NCBI GenBank assembly: GCA_023264565.1 | Contig: JAHFLV010000006.1 | Coordinates: 1 to 37,717, forward strand | DNA from: Candidatus Zambryskiibacteriota bacterium | GTDB taxonomy: Bacteria > Patescibacteriota > Minisyncoccia > Phycocordibacterales > DATGWK01 | Direction of reading: 5' to 3' | DNA length: 37,717 nucleotides | Notes under the pieces: model-generated | The model's database searches: none | Told to the model about the DNA's origin: nothing | The model's input: the letters and a program-made list of their open reading frames with translations, nothing else | Position numbers and translations under genes: made by a program | In this document: positions 1 to 9,062 of the stretch, one piece after another | Layout: each line of letters starts with the position of its first letter | Numbering within the stretch: position 1 is the first letter of the stretch

Positions 1-55
1 GAGAGGCCACAGACCACCGTTTCAAACAAAAAAGCTCTTAAAAAGCTTGGGTTAC

Positions 56-83
56 ATAGTAGCAGAAGCATAAATACTGTCAA
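56..83 (-). promoter_or_regulatory. sigma70-type promoter restarting transcription downstream of rplE
   Basis: Minus strand TTGACA (83-78), 16 nt spacer, TGc-TACTAT (61-56). Confidence 0.65.
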
Positions 84-84
84 A

Positions 85-116
85 CAAAAACAGCCCTATT
101 TCAGGCTGTTTTTTGC
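85..116. terminator. Intrinsic terminator after rplE (bidirectional shape)
   Basis: AAAAACAGCC ctatttca GGCTGTTTTT inverted repeat with A/T tracts on both sides. Confidence 0.75.
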
Positions 117-132
117 TTATTGAGGATATTTA

Positions 133-726
133 CTAGGCTTTCTTCTCTTTCTTGTCTTTTTTCACCTTTTTTGGACCAAGTTCTTCCTTTTTAAGAGTGC
201 TGAATGGGAAACCGAGGTGATCAAAGAAAGCTCGTGCTTCTTCGCGATTTTTTGCAGTTGTTACTACAGTGATCGCAAATCCGAAGATGTCTTTAAGGTC
301 TTCGTCGGCAGTTTCAGGGAAAATGATGTGTTCTCGAATACCCAAAGTGTAGTTACCCATTGAGTCGATAGATGACGCAGGAATACCTCGGAAGTCTTTT
401 GTTCGAGGAAGAGCGATGTTGATAAGACGATCGAGGAAATCGTACATTCGAGCACCGTTCAAAGTAACCTGGTAACCAACTGGGTCACCCTGACGAACCT
501 TAAAGGCAGCGATAGAGATCTTAGCGCCCTTTTTTGCAGCCTTCTGACCAGTGATTTTGGTGAGACGATCACCAACAACATCCTGCTTCTTCTTGTCTTT
601 GAAAGAACCGATACCGGCGCTTACAACAACCTTCACGAGCTTTGGGCTCTGCATTGGGTTCTTGTAGCCGAATTTTTCCTTCAAACTATCGAACGCTTTA
701 TTATTTTTTTCTTTTACTGAAATCAT
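133..726 (-). CDS. rplE: 50S ribosomal protein L5
   Basis: PKLVKVVVSAGIG, ITGQK, FKVRQGDPVG, ALPRTKDFRG motifs; spc operon order. Confidence 0.97.
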   Translation of the reverse strand: MISVKEKNNKAFDSLKEKFGYKNPMQSPKLVKVVVSAGIGSFKDKKKQDVVGDRLTKITGQKAAKKGAKISIAAFKVRQGDPVGYQVTLNGARMYDFLDRLINIALPRTKDFRGIPASSIDSMGNYTLGIREHIIFPETADEDLKDIFGFAITVVTTAKNREEARAFFDHLGFPFSTLKKEELGPKKVKKDKKEKKA

Positions 727-743
727 ATATTTTATGAGGCCGA

Positions 744-1052
744 TTATGAGAGGACTGAGCCACTTTTTTTAGCCACGCGGACTTTTCGGTCGCCTTCTTT
801 CTTCATGCCGATTCGGCTACCCTTTCCAGTCTTTGGGTCGACAATCATCGCATTTGAAACAGAAAATGGCATTGCTCGTTCTACAACCTGACCCTTACCT
901 CCCTGCTTCTTAGCGCGTTCGTGAGCTTTCACGATGTTTACACCTTCAACAAGAATTTTGTTGATACGAGGAAATGCTTTCGCAACCGTACCGGTCTTAC
1001 CGCGATCTTTTCCTGAGATGATTATGATATTGTCGTTCTTTTTAATTTTCAT
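744..1052 (-). CDS. rplX: 50S ribosomal protein L24
   Basis: MKIKKND..IISGKDRGKTG KOW motif; start moved to ATG at 1052. Confidence 0.96.
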   Translation of the reverse strand: MKIKKNDNIIIISGKDRGKTGTVAKAFPRINKILVEGVNIVKAHERAKKQGGKGQVVERAMPFSVSNAMIVDPKTGKGSRIGMKKEGDRKVRVAKKSGSVLS

Positions 1053-1093
1053 TGTAGTTTTGAAATTTGGGAAATGTGCCAAATCGGCGCGTG

Positions 1094-1465
1094 TTACACG
1101 ACTTCTGGAGCTCGTGAAATGATGGTCTGGAAACCGAGCTCACCGATTTCTCGTGGAATTGGTCCGAAGATACGGCCGGCAATTGGTTCTCGTGTACCCT
1201 TGTCGATAATAACGACTGCGTTTTCATCGAATCGAACATACGAACCGTCTGCGCGTCGGAATGGTGCTCGCTGTCGAACAACCACACCTCGGAGAACGTC
1301 TTTCTTCTTTACAGACTTTCGTGGCTGAGCTTTTTGTACTGAGAGAACAACGATGTCGCCAATTCGAGCGTAGCGTTTCTTTGAACCGCCGAGCACTTTG
1401 AAAATTCGGCCGATCTGGGCACCAGAGTTATCTGCGATAGCGATGATTGAGCGTGGCTGTATCAT
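1094..1465 (-). CDS. rplN: 50S ribosomal protein L14
   Basis: MIQ..IADNSGA, RFDENAVVI, RIFGPIPRE, SRAPEVV. Confidence 0.98.
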   Translation of the reverse strand: MIQPRSIIAIADNSGAQIGRIFKVLGGSKKRYARIGDIVVLSVQKAQPRKSVKKKDVLRGVVVRQRAPFRRADGSYVRFDENAVVIIDKGTREPIAGRIFGPIPREIGELGFQTIISRAPEVV

Positions 1466-1466
1466 G

Positions 1467-1763
1467 TTATTTTGTTACTGAAGCACCAACGCTTTTTACA
1501 GTGCTGATAACTTTAAATCTCTTGTGCTTAGAAATTGGCGCGGTTTCTTCGATAATGACTTCGTCACCGATTTTGTTGGTGTTTCCTGCATTGTGCGCCA
1601 TGAACTTCTTGCTTCGAGAAATGAACTTCTTGTATTTTGGATGTTTGAAAAAGCTTTTAACAGAAACAACCACAGTGTCTTTCATTTTGTCAGACACAAC
1701 AACACCCTGAAGTTTTTTCTTCGAAGTGGTTTTTGCTACTGGTTGTGTTGTTTCCTTTTTCAT
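1467..1763 (-). CDS. rpsQ: 30S ribosomal protein S17
   Basis: GVVVSDKMKDTVVV, HPKYKK, ETAPISKHKRF. Confidence 0.97.
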   Translation of the reverse strand: MKKETTQPVAKTTSKKKLQGVVVSDKMKDTVVVSVKSFFKHPKYKKFISRSKKFMAHNAGNTNKIGDEVIIEETAPISKHKRFKVISTVKSVGASVTK

Positions 1764-1818
1764 ATGTATTTTAAATATTTTTTGATTTCGGCATGCCGCT
1801 CTGCGGCGCGCCAGTTCC

Positions 1819-2019
1819 CTACTTTGCTGCGGCGAGCTCTGCTCGGCGGAGTTCGGTCTGGATTCGAGCGATGTCTTTCTTCAAGTTTCGCGCTTCGCGA
1901 ACGTTCTTGCTCTTGCTACCAGCTGAACCAAAGCGAAAATCTCGAACCGCGTTTCGCTTGTCAGCGAGCATGTCGGTAAGTGATTTTTTGTCTTTGTTTT
2001 TAAAATCGGCTGATTTCAT
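1819..2019 (-). CDS. rpmC: 50S ribosomal protein L29
   Basis: 66 aa from ATG 2019; KKDIARIQTEL motif; between rplP and rpsQ. Confidence 0.92.
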   Translation of the reverse strand: MKSADFKNKDKKSLTDMLADKRNAVRDFRFGSAGSKSKNVREARNLKKDIARIQTELRRAELAAAK

Positions 2020-2044
2020 TGAAGTAAAGTTATATCCTACTTTA

Positions 2045-2473
2045 TTATCCTTGTCGAGCGACGAACTTTGTCTTAAGAGGAAGCTTTGTGCCTGCCTTTC
2101 GGATTGCTTCTCGAGCAACCGCGATATCGACACCGTCTACTTCGAAGAGCACCCGGCCACCGAGCACAGGAACCTGATAACCCTGCGGATCTCCCTTACC
2201 CTTTCCAAGCTTCACTTCGGCTGGTTTCTGGGTGTATGGCATATCTGGGAAGATTCGGATCCATACACGACCGTTTTTACCAAGCTCTCGAGACAAAACC
2301 TTTCGAGCAGCTTCGATCTGATTTGATCGGATACGAGCTGGAGTCAAAGCCTTGAGGCCGTAAGAACCGAAAGCAACAGTAGAACCACGGGTCGTTGGAC
2401 TGACTCGGTTTGGGTTACGTCGGAACGTATGCCACTTTCGATATTTAACTTTTTTTGGAATAAGGGAAACCAT
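2045..2473 (-). CDS. rplP: 50S ribosomal protein L16
   Basis: PKKVKYRK, QIEAARK, WIRIFPD, KLGKGKG, KLPLKTKF. Confidence 0.97.
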   Translation of the reverse strand: MVSLIPKKVKYRKWHTFRRNPNRVSPTTRGSTVAFGSYGLKALTPARIRSNQIEAARKVLSRELGKNGRVWIRIFPDMPYTQKPAEVKLGKGKGDPQGYQVPVLGGRVLFEVDGVDIAVAREAIRKAGTKLPLKTKFVARQG

Positions 2474-2488
2474 ATATTTGTTTTAAAT

Positions 2489-3172
2489 TTATGCGGCTTT
2501 CTGCTGCTTATCTTTATCTTTTTCGAAGATATCACCTTTGTAGATCCAAACCTTGATTCCGATCTGACCGTAGGTCATTCGAGCTTCGTATCGAGTAAAG
2601 TCGACATCTGCACGGAGAGTCTGAAGTGGTACTCGACCCTTTCGGAGTTTCTCAACGCGTGACATTTCGGCACCACCAAGACGACCTGAAAGTTCGATCT
2701 TTGCACCCAAGACACCCTTGTTTGCAATAATCTTTTCCAAAGATTGTTTGATGACACGTCGGAATGGAAGGCGCTTTTCGAGACCTTCGGCAATCATCTG
2801 AGCCATGATGTGCGCATTGGTTTCTGGGTATCGAACTTCTTTGATCTCAATTTTGATTTCTTCTTTTGGATTGATTCCAAGCTTTGTTGCCTGCTTCAAA
2901 AGATCTGACTGGAGTTTTGCGGTACCCTCACCTGCTCGGCCAATGATAAGACCTGGGCGTGAAGTTTCGATAACGATCTTCAAGGTTTTTTGACCTCGCT
3001 CGATTTCGATGTTGCTTACATACATACCTCGGAAACGTTCTTCCAAATATTCTCGAGTCAAAATATCGCTTCGGAGATTTACCTTGTATGAATTCTTAGG
3101 AGAAAACCATCGGGACTTCCAGTCTCTGATGATTCCAAGTCTATGTGCGTATGGGTGGACTCGATGTGACAT
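2489..3172 (-). CDS. rpsC: 30S ribosomal protein S3
   Basis: MSHRVHPYAHRLGI, RPGLIIG KH motif, GRLGGAEMSR, PLQTLRADVD; start at ATG 3172. Confidence 0.97.
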   Translation of the reverse strand: MSHRVHPYAHRLGIIRDWKSRWFSPKNSYKVNLRSDILTREYLEERFRGMYVSNIEIERGQKTLKIVIETSRPGLIIGRAGEGTAKLQSDLLKQATKLGINPKEEIKIEIKEVRYPETNAHIMAQMIAEGLEKRLPFRRVIKQSLEKIIANKGVLGAKIELSGRLGGAEMSRVEKLRKGRVPLQTLRADVDFTRYEARMTYGQIGIKVWIYKGDIFEKDKDKQQKAA

Positions 3173-3176
3173 ATGA

Positions 3177-3560
3177 TTATTTTGTTTCAGTTTTAGCTTT
3201 AGTTGCTTTTGCCTTAGGCGCTTTTTCTGCCTTTTCAGCCAAAGAAACAGCGATATGACTTGTTCGCTTTCGTTTTGTAAAAGCTCGGCCTCGTGACATT
3301 GGAAGTCGTCGGTACAAAGTTGCACCAGCGTTTACAGAAATGTTGCTGATCACAAGAGCGTCGACATTCATGCCTTTGTTTTTTGCATTCGCAACAGCAG
3401 ACTCGATAAGTTTGATGATCGGGCCAGTTGCTCGTTTGTTAGCAAATTTAAGAGTTGTGATTGCCTGAGGAACTTTCTTTCCTCGAACAAGATCAGCGAG
3501 TAAACGCACCTTTCGTGGTGATTGTCGGTATGTATTGAGTTGTGCGTTTGCTGATTCCAT
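3177..3560 (-). CDS. rplV: 50S ribosomal protein L22
   Basis: RQSPRKVRLLADLVRGK, SAVANA, RKRTSHI. Confidence 0.97.
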   Translation of the reverse strand: MESANAQLNTYRQSPRKVRLLADLVRGKKVPQAITTLKFANKRATGPIIKLIESAVANAKNKGMNVDALVISNISVNAGATLYRRLPMSRGRAFTKRKRTSHIAVSLAEKAEKAPKAKATKAKTETK

Positions 3561-3580
3561 GTGAGTGAAGTATTGAAAAA

Positions 3581-3937
3581 TTATTTCTTAGCGCCGCCAG
3601 TTTTAGCGTCAGCAGCAGCTTTTGCAGCCTGAGCAGAAGCGATTTCAGATTCTTTCGCCTTTGTTTCCATTTCTTTCTGCATCTTTCCTCCGTGTCGGAT
3701 GAATTTACGAGTCAAAGAAAATTCACCAAGTCGGTGACCAACCATGTCTTCGGTAACAAGCACTGGAACGTGTTCGCGACCGTTGTGAACACCAAAAGTG
3801 AAACCAACCATTTCTGGTGCGATTTGGCTGTCTCGAGCCCACGTCTTAATAACTCCTGCTTCACTGGTTTTCTTTCCAGCGATTTTCAAGAGAAGTTTTT
3901 CGTAGACGTATGGTCCTTTTTTGGTCGATCGTGTCAT
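3581..3937 (-). CDS. rpsS: 30S ribosomal protein S19
   Basis: [30 protein letters not shown]; start at ATG 3937. Confidence 0.97.
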   Translation of the reverse strand: MTRSTKKGPYVYEKLLLKIAGKKTSEAGVIKTWARDSQIAPEMVGFTFGVHNGREHVPVLVTEDMVGHRLGEFSLTRKFIRHGGKMQKEMETKAKESEIASAQAAKAAADAKTGGAKK

Positions 3938-4004
3938 TTTAAAATTTATTTGATTGTGCCGCGATGGGCGTTTCGGAGTTGTCTTTTGCAGGGCGCTTTT
4001 TATT

Positions 4005-4040
4005 AAACAAAAAACCTGCCCCACTCCTCGAAGGCAGGCC
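4005..4040 (-). terminator. Intrinsic terminator/attenuator in the leader upstream of rpsS
   Basis: Minus CCTGCC ttcgaggagtgg GGCAGG TTTTTTGTTT. Confidence 0.65.
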
Positions 4041-4086
4041 CGAACTGCTGGTAAAGCAATGTGGGCGCGCTAATTGCGTAGGGAGA

Positions 4087-4114
4087 ATAGTAGCAGAAGA
4101 TGAAAAAGAGTCAA
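4087..4114 (-). promoter_or_regulatory. sigma70-type promoter upstream of rpsS
   Basis: TTGACT (4114-4109), 16 nt, TGc-TACTAT (4092-4087). Confidence 0.65.
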
Positions 4115-4155
4115 GAATTTGGCCTCCATTCCCTTCTTATAATTTAGTAGGCAAA

Positions 4156-4181
4156 CAAAAAGCGTCCAAAATGGACGCTGT
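4156..4181 (-). terminator. Terminator of the orphan module inside the S10 operon
   Basis: Minus AGCGTCC atttt GGACGCT TTTTG. Confidence 0.7.
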
Positions 4182-4203
4182 GTGGAACAAAAGAACCTGT
4201 AGA

Positions 4204-4377
4204 TCACTTACTGAACTTGGCGTGGAAGTAGGCCTGAACGAAAGCCGGATACCAGTCGGGAGGTGCCAGGACGACGTAGGCCAACAGAAGTATGCTTGTA
4301 AATGCAATGGCCGCACCAACCAGAAACCCCCGACGAATCCCCGAGTCTTCCTTCTTTGGGTCATATCCCCTTGCCAT
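4204..4377 (-). CDS. Small orphan membrane protein, 57 aa, single TM helix
   Basis: ATG 4377 preceded by TAAGGAG; hydrophobic GFLVGAAIAFTSILLLAYVVL; own promoter and terminator. Confidence 0.65.
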   Translation of the reverse strand: MARGYDPKKEDSGIRRGFLVGAAIAFTSILLLAYVVLAPPDWYPAFVQAYFHAKFSK

Positions 4378-4446
4378 GGACAGAATCTCCTTACTATCTT
4401 TGGTCAGAGTGTTACACCCAGGCACAAGCCACAGGTTTCTAGCATC

Positions 4447-4474
4447 ATTATACACTTATAAAAGTAAAAGTCAA
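4447..4474 (-). promoter_or_regulatory. Promoter of the 57-aa orphan
   Basis: TTGACT (4474-4469), 16 nt, TATAAT (4452-4447). Confidence 0.7.
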
Positions 4475-4499
4475 TAGTTCCTGAAAGTTGATCTTCCAA

Positions 4500-4530
4500 C
4501 AAAAAAGCCTCATTTCTGAGGCTTTTTTGT
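4500..4530. terminator. Intrinsic terminator after rplB
   Basis: AAAAAAGCCTCA tttc TGAGGCTTTTTT perfect inverted repeat. Confidence 0.8.
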
Positions 4531-4551
4531 TCACTTTTTCGTGAGGAGATT

Positions 4552-5403
4552 TTATTGTTCTTTGCCTTTCTTTCCGACTCGGCGTCTTGAAACAATGAAG
4601 ACGTTTGAGTATTTCTTTGGAGTTCGGCTCTTCTGACCCTTTCCTGTTGGGCGGCCAGTTCGAGTCATCGCTCGTCGGCGACCTCGGCCTTGTCGGCCTT
4701 CGCCTCCACCGTGCGGATGATCGACTGGGTTCATAGCAGTACCTCGGACAGTCGGACGAATACCCAACCATCGGCTGCGACCTGCTTTTCCAAGCTGAAC
4801 GAGTCGGTTTTCGTCGTTTGAAACTTCACCAATTGAAGCCCATGCGAGTTCTGAAACTTTTCGAACTTCAGTTGAAGGAAGTTTGACGTGAGCAAAACCT
4901 GAATCTTTTGCAATGATTTCTGCAAAGTTACCTGCTGAACGAGCCATTTTGGCACCGGAACCCGCTTTGAACTCTACGTTGTATATAAATGTTCCCAATG
5001 GAATGTCTTTGATTGGAAGACGATTTCCTGGAGTGATCGGAGCGTTTTCTGCAGCAAGGATTTCTTGGCCAGGTCGAACGTTCTTTGGGAGAAGGATGTA
5101 TCGCTTTTCGCCGTCTTTGTAGTTTACGAGACCAATGAAACCCGTTCGATTTGGATCGTATTCAACGGTTTTAACAACACCAGGAACGCCGATTTTATCC
5201 ATTCGAAAATCGATTTCTCGGAAGAGTCGTTTGTGACCACCTCCCTTATGATTCATGGTGATTCGGCCGAAATTGTTGCGACCCATCGGACGTCGGAAAC
5301 CATGAGTAAGTTTCTTATGAGGTTCGTTGGTAGTGATCACTGCTCGGTAAGAGACAGTAGTCATATTTCGGCGTGATTTTGTTGTTGGTCGATAGCGTTT
5401 CAT
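4552..5403 (-). CDS. rplB: 50S ribosomal protein L2
   Basis: GRNNFGRIT, EYDPNR, RGTAMNPVDHPHGGGEG. Confidence 0.98.
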   Translation of the reverse strand: MKRYRPTTKSRRNMTTVSYRAVITTNEPHKKLTHGFRRPMGRNNFGRITMNHKGGGHKRLFREIDFRMDKIGVPGVVKTVEYDPNRTGFIGLVNYKDGEKRYILLPKNVRPGQEILAAENAPITPGNRLPIKDIPLGTFIYNVEFKAGSGAKMARSAGNFAEIIAKDSGFAHVKLPSTEVRKVSELAWASIGEVSNDENRLVQLGKAGRSRWLGIRPTVRGTAMNPVDHPHGGGEGRQGRGRRRAMTRTGRPTGKGQKSRTPKKYSNVFIVSRRRVGKKGKEQ

Positions 5404-5438
5404 GTTTGTTTGGTCGTGTTGTTGTAGGCGGCAGTGTA

Positions 5439-5906
5439 TTACACAATTTCAATCTTGTCACCTTCTTTAAGGTACACATAGGCTTTCTTAATACCAGATG
5501 AAACACCTGATCGGCCTCGGTAGAAAACGTTCTTGCTTGGAGTTCGAGCAATAGAAACCTTTACTGGTCGAACCTTAAACATTGAGAAAATTGCTTCTCG
5601 AACGCTTACTTTGTTTGCATCATGAGCGATTTCGAAAACAAAAACGTTTTCAGCATCAGCTTTGTAAGATGACTTTTCAGTAACTCGTGGGCGAAGAATG
5701 ACTTTGCTGTAATTTACTGCTGGGTTTGAAGAAACCTGAGCATCTGCAACAACAGCAGGAGTTTTTGCAACTTTTTCTTTTGGAGCTTTTACAGCTTTTG
5801 TCTTAGCAACTTTTGCCTTAGGTGCAGCATCAGTTTTTGCTGTTTTTGCAGCCTTTGGCTTTACATCCTTTGCTTCGTCTTTTGTTTTTTTGCTAAAAAG
5901 TCCCAT
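5439..5906 (-). CDS. rplW: 50S ribosomal protein L23 with long Lys/Ala-rich N-terminal extension
   Basis: ILRPRVTEKS, KKAYVYLKEG; S10 operon order. Confidence 0.93.
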   Translation of the reverse strand: MGLFSKKTKDEAKDVKPKAAKTAKTDAAPKAKVAKTKAVKAPKEKVAKTPAVVADAQVSSNPAVNYSKVILRPRVTEKSSYKADAENVFVFEIAHDANKVSVREAIFSMFKVRPVKVSIARTPSKNVFYRGRSGVSSGIKKAYVYLKEGDKIEIV

Positions 5907-5907
5907 A

Positions 5908-6627
5908 TTATTTGGTTAGTTTTCCAGAAATAGCCTTTACTGATTCAGCTGGGTTCACAAACATAACATATTTGTATTTTGCGAGTTCAAGCGGACTCAA
6001 GTTTCGAGCTTCGTTTACTTTTACGTTTGAGAAGTTTCGGAAACTCTTTTCGATTGCTTCGTTCTTGTTTTCGAGAGCCATAACAAGCGCGTTAGATTTC
6101 TTTCCAGAGATTCTCTTGTACGCTTCGATCTTGCCGATTGAACCAAAAATTTCTTTTGCGTCTTTTGTCTTTGGACCAGACATAGCGAGTGAATCCATGA
6201 AGATCACTTCACCCTGCTGCATCTTTCGAGAAAGAATGGTGTACAAAGCTTTTGCACGCATCTTTTGGTTAACCTTTCGGTCGAAGTTCTTGTCGTTTCG
6301 TGGACCATGAGTAACACCTCCACCAACCCAGATTGGAGATCGAGTAGAACCGTGTCGAGCGCGACCAGTTCCCTTTTGCTGCCAAGGCTTCTTTCCGCCT
6401 CCGCGAACGTCACCTCGCATTTTTGTATGCGCAACAGTTTTTCGGATTGAAGTCTGAAGAGACTGGAGCACCTGATGAACCAAGTCGGCATTCCAAGGCA
6501 AACCGAATACATCCTGAGGAAGTTCGTACTTTCCTACTTCAGCGCCTTTTGAGTTGTAGACAATCGCGTCTTTTGCGACTTTAGCGACTTTGGCGACTTT
6601 TTTTGTTTTTGTAGTTTCGTTTTTCAT
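5908..6627 (-). CDS. rplD: 50S ribosomal protein L4
   Basis: VRGGGKKPWQQKGTGRARHGS.RSP.WVGGG. Confidence 0.98.
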   Translation of the reverse strand: MKNETTKTKKVAKVAKVAKDAIVYNSKGAEVGKYELPQDVFGLPWNADLVHQVLQSLQTSIRKTVAHTKMRGDVRGGGKKPWQQKGTGRARHGSTRSPIWVGGGVTHGPRNDKNFDRKVNQKMRAKALYTILSRKMQQGEVIFMDSLAMSGPKTKDAKEIFGSIGKIEAYKRISGKKSNALVMALENKNEAIEKSFRNFSNVKVNEARNLSPLELAKYKYVMFVNPAESVKAISGKLTK

Positions 6628-6644
6628 ATCAGTATGGATCGGTA

Positions 6645-7259
6645 TTAGCCGGTTACTTCAACAAGAGTGCCTCGGCGACCTGGAACAGCACCACTCACAA
6701 CGAGAGTGTTTGTTGCTGGATCAGCCTGAAGAACAATGAGGTTCTTTACGGTAACACGATCGCCACCAGTTCGGCCGGCCATTCGCATACCCTTTGGAAC
6801 TTTGTTTCGGAGACCTCCGCCGATAGAACCTGGTTCTCGCTCAGAATGTTTCTGACCGTGGCTTCGTGGACCTCCTTTGAAACCGTGTCGCTTCACAACA
6901 CCCTGGAAACCTTTTCCTTTAGAAGTTGCAGAAACAGCAACCGTATCCCCTGGAGCAAAGACGGTTACATCGAGTTTGTCACCAACGTTCTTTGGAGCAT
7001 TTTCAACTCCTTCAGTTCGGAATTCTTTGAGATGAGCAAAAGTACCGTAAGCCTTTGTGTGACCAACTTCTGATTTGCTGAGGTCCTTTTCTTTCTTTGA
7101 ACCAAAACCAATCTGGATAGCTTCGTAGCCATCTTTTTCTTTTCCCTTCACCTGAGTGACGGTCATAGGACCTGACTGGAGGACGGTTGCTGAAAAGACT
7201 TCGCCGTTATCAGCAAACACCTGCGTCATATGCAGTTTTTTAGCAAGAATGAATTTCAT
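6645..7259 (-). CDS. rplC: 50S ribosomal protein L3
   Basis: DGYEAIQIGF, SKGKGFQGVVKRHGF, GAVPG; ATG at 7259. Confidence 0.97.
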   Translation of the reverse strand: MKFILAKKLHMTQVFADNGEVFSATVLQSGPMTVTQVKGKEKDGYEAIQIGFGSKKEKDLSKSEVGHTKAYGTFAHLKEFRTEGVENAPKNVGDKLDVTVFAPGDTVAVSATSKGKGFQGVVKRHGFKGGPRSHGQKHSEREPGSIGGGLRNKVPKGMRMAGRTGGDRVTVKNLIVLQADPATNTLVVSGAVPGRRGTLVEVTG

Positions 7260-7263
7260 CAAT

Positions 7264-7632
7264 TTACATTATTTTCACTTCAATCGATACACCAGACGGC
7301 AAGCTCAAGTTTGTCAGGGATTCAATGATTTTCTGACTTGGATTGATGATATCAATCAAGCGCTTGTGAATGCGCATTTCGAACTGTTCACGAGCGTTTT
7401 TGTAGACGAACGCCGCGCGGTTTACTGTGTACTTTTTGATCTCTGTTGGCAACGGGATCGGTCCAACAATTTCTGCATCATAACGAAGCGCAGTATCGAT
7501 GATCTGCTTTACAGACAAATCAAGGATCTTGTATTCGTACGCTCGCACACGAATGCGGAGTTTAGAAACACCAGAAGCAGCCGCCTTAGGCGCTTTGACT
7601 TTCTTTTCTTTTGCTGCTGCTTTAGTTGCCAT
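7264..7632 (-). CDS. rpsJ: 30S ribosomal protein S10 (NusE)
   Basis: [30 protein letters not shown]. Confidence 0.97.
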   Translation of the reverse strand: MATKAAAKEKKVKAPKAAASGVSKLRIRVRAYEYKILDLSVKQIIDTALRYDAEIVGPIPLPTEIKKYTVNRAAFVYKNAREQFEMRIHKRLIDIINPSQKIIESLTNLSLPSGVSIEVKIM

Positions 7633-7658
7633 GTTTTTAAAAGATCAATTAATAGGTA

Positions 7659-8849
7659 TTAGGCGATGATTTTTGTTACGACGCCGGCACCAACAGTCTT
7701 ACCACCTTCGCGAATCGCGAATCGCTGCTTCTCTTCGAGAGCAACAGGGGCAATAAGCTTCACTTTGAAAGTGATGGTATCACCTGGCATAACCATTTCA
7801 ACGTTTGCAGGAAGTTCGACTTCACCAGTAACGTCAGTGGTTCGGATGTAGAACTGTGGTTTGTAACCCTTAAAGAATGGAGTGTGGCGACCACCTTCTT
7901 CTTTCTTCAAGATGTAGACTTCTGATTCGAATTCAGTATGAGGCTTCACTGAACCTGGTTTTGCAATAACCTGACCTCGAGAAATGTCTTCTTTCTTCAA
8001 ACCTCGGAGAAGAATACCTGCGTTGTCGCCGGCCATACCTTCGTTAAGAGATTTGTTGAACATTTCGATACCAGTAACAACAGTAGCTGATGTTGGTTTG
8101 AGACCGACAAGATCAACAGGTTCACCAACCTTTACCTGACCTCGTTCGATACGACCAGTAACAACAGTACCTCGGCCTTCAATTGAGAAGACGTCTTCGA
8201 TAGGCATAAGAAACGGCTTGTCGAGTTCTCGGACAGGCTGTGGGATGTAGGTATCGAGAGCGTTAGCGAGCTCAAGAACTTTCTGAGACCATTCGTCTGT
8301 GTTGTCTTTTGCTTCAAGAGCCTTAAGGCCTGAACCTCGGATAACAGGAGCATTTTTACCATCAAAGTTGTACTTTTCGAGGAGGTCTCGAACTTCTTCT
8401 TCAACGAGGTCGATCAATTCCTTATCAGGAACCATATCGCACTTGTTAAGGAAAACGATGATCTTAGGTACGCCGACCTGCTTTGCGAGAAGAACGTGTT
8501 CTCGAGTCTGTGGCATAACACCGTCAGTAGCAGCAACAACAAGGATAGCGCCGTCCATCTGAGCAGCACCGGTAATCATGTTCTTGATGTAGTCAGCATG
8601 ACCAGGAGCGTCGATGTGAGCGTAATGACGAGTATCTGTCTCGTATTCCTGATGAGAAAGATTGATCGTAATACCACGGGCCTTTTCTTCAGGAGTGTTG
8701 TCGATAGCGTCGACACCTTTAATAACAGCCTTTTTTCCCGCTCGGTTAAGAACGTTAAGGATAGCTGCAGTAAGGGTTGTTTTGCCGTGATCAACGTGGC
8801 CGATAGTACCTACGTTAACGTGTGGCTTTGAACGATCAAAATTTGCCAT
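7659..8849 (-). CDS. tuf: Elongation factor Tu
   Basis: [39 protein letters not shown]. Confidence 0.99.
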   Translation of the reverse strand: MANFDRSKPHVNVGTIGHVDHGKTTLTAAILNVLNRAGKKAVIKGVDAIDNTPEEKARGITINLSHQEYETDTRHYAHIDAPGHADYIKNMITGAAQMDGAILVVAATDGVMPQTREHVLLAKQVGVPKIIVFLNKCDMVPDKELIDLVEEEVRDLLEKYNFDGKNAPVIRGSGLKALEAKDNTDEWSQKVLELANALDTYIPQPVRELDKPFLMPIEDVFSIEGRGTVVTGRIERGQVKVGEPVDLVGLKPTSATVVTGIEMFNKSLNEGMAGDNAGILLRGLKKEDISRGQVIAKPGSVKPHTEFESEVYILKKEEGGRHTPFFKGYKPQFYIRTTDVTGEVELPANVEMVMPGDTITFKVKLIAPVALEEKQRFAIREGGKTVGAGVVTKIIA

Positions 8850-8965
8850 AATTTTTACTAAAAATTAACTTTTAAATAATATTTGGTTTCGTTTCTTTTA
8901 TGCCAGACACCGAGAGTATTTCGTAGTGTGCCAAAACAAAAACGACGCTAAAAGCGGTACACAGC

Positions 8966-8993
8966 ATAGTATCAAAGGAGCTAAATTAGTCAA
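8966..8993 (-). promoter_or_regulatory. Promoter for tuf and the S10 genes
   Basis: TTGACT (8993-8988), 16 nt, TGa-TACTAT (8971-8966), directly after the orphan terminator. Confidence 0.7.
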
Positions 8994-8994
8994 G

Positions 8995-9018
8995 AAAAAA
9001 CCCCGCATTATGCGAGGC
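8995..9018 (-). terminator. Terminator of orphan 9063-9602
   Basis: Minus CCTCGCA taa TGCGGGG TTTTTT. Confidence 0.7.
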
Positions 9019-9062
9019 GTTGTAGCTTTTTGGTAGACACCGCTGTGTTCATTGCCAGTTAT

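Noticed and set aside
4010..4085. SRP RNA or tRNA identity for the short structured RNA
   Set aside because: No SRP domain IV GGAA/AGCAG arrangement and no cloverleaf or T-loop.
3964..4461. 165-aa plus-strand ORF across the rplB-rpsS gap
   Set aside because: Runs through promoters and terminators that are all oriented for the minus strand; no SD or protein motif.
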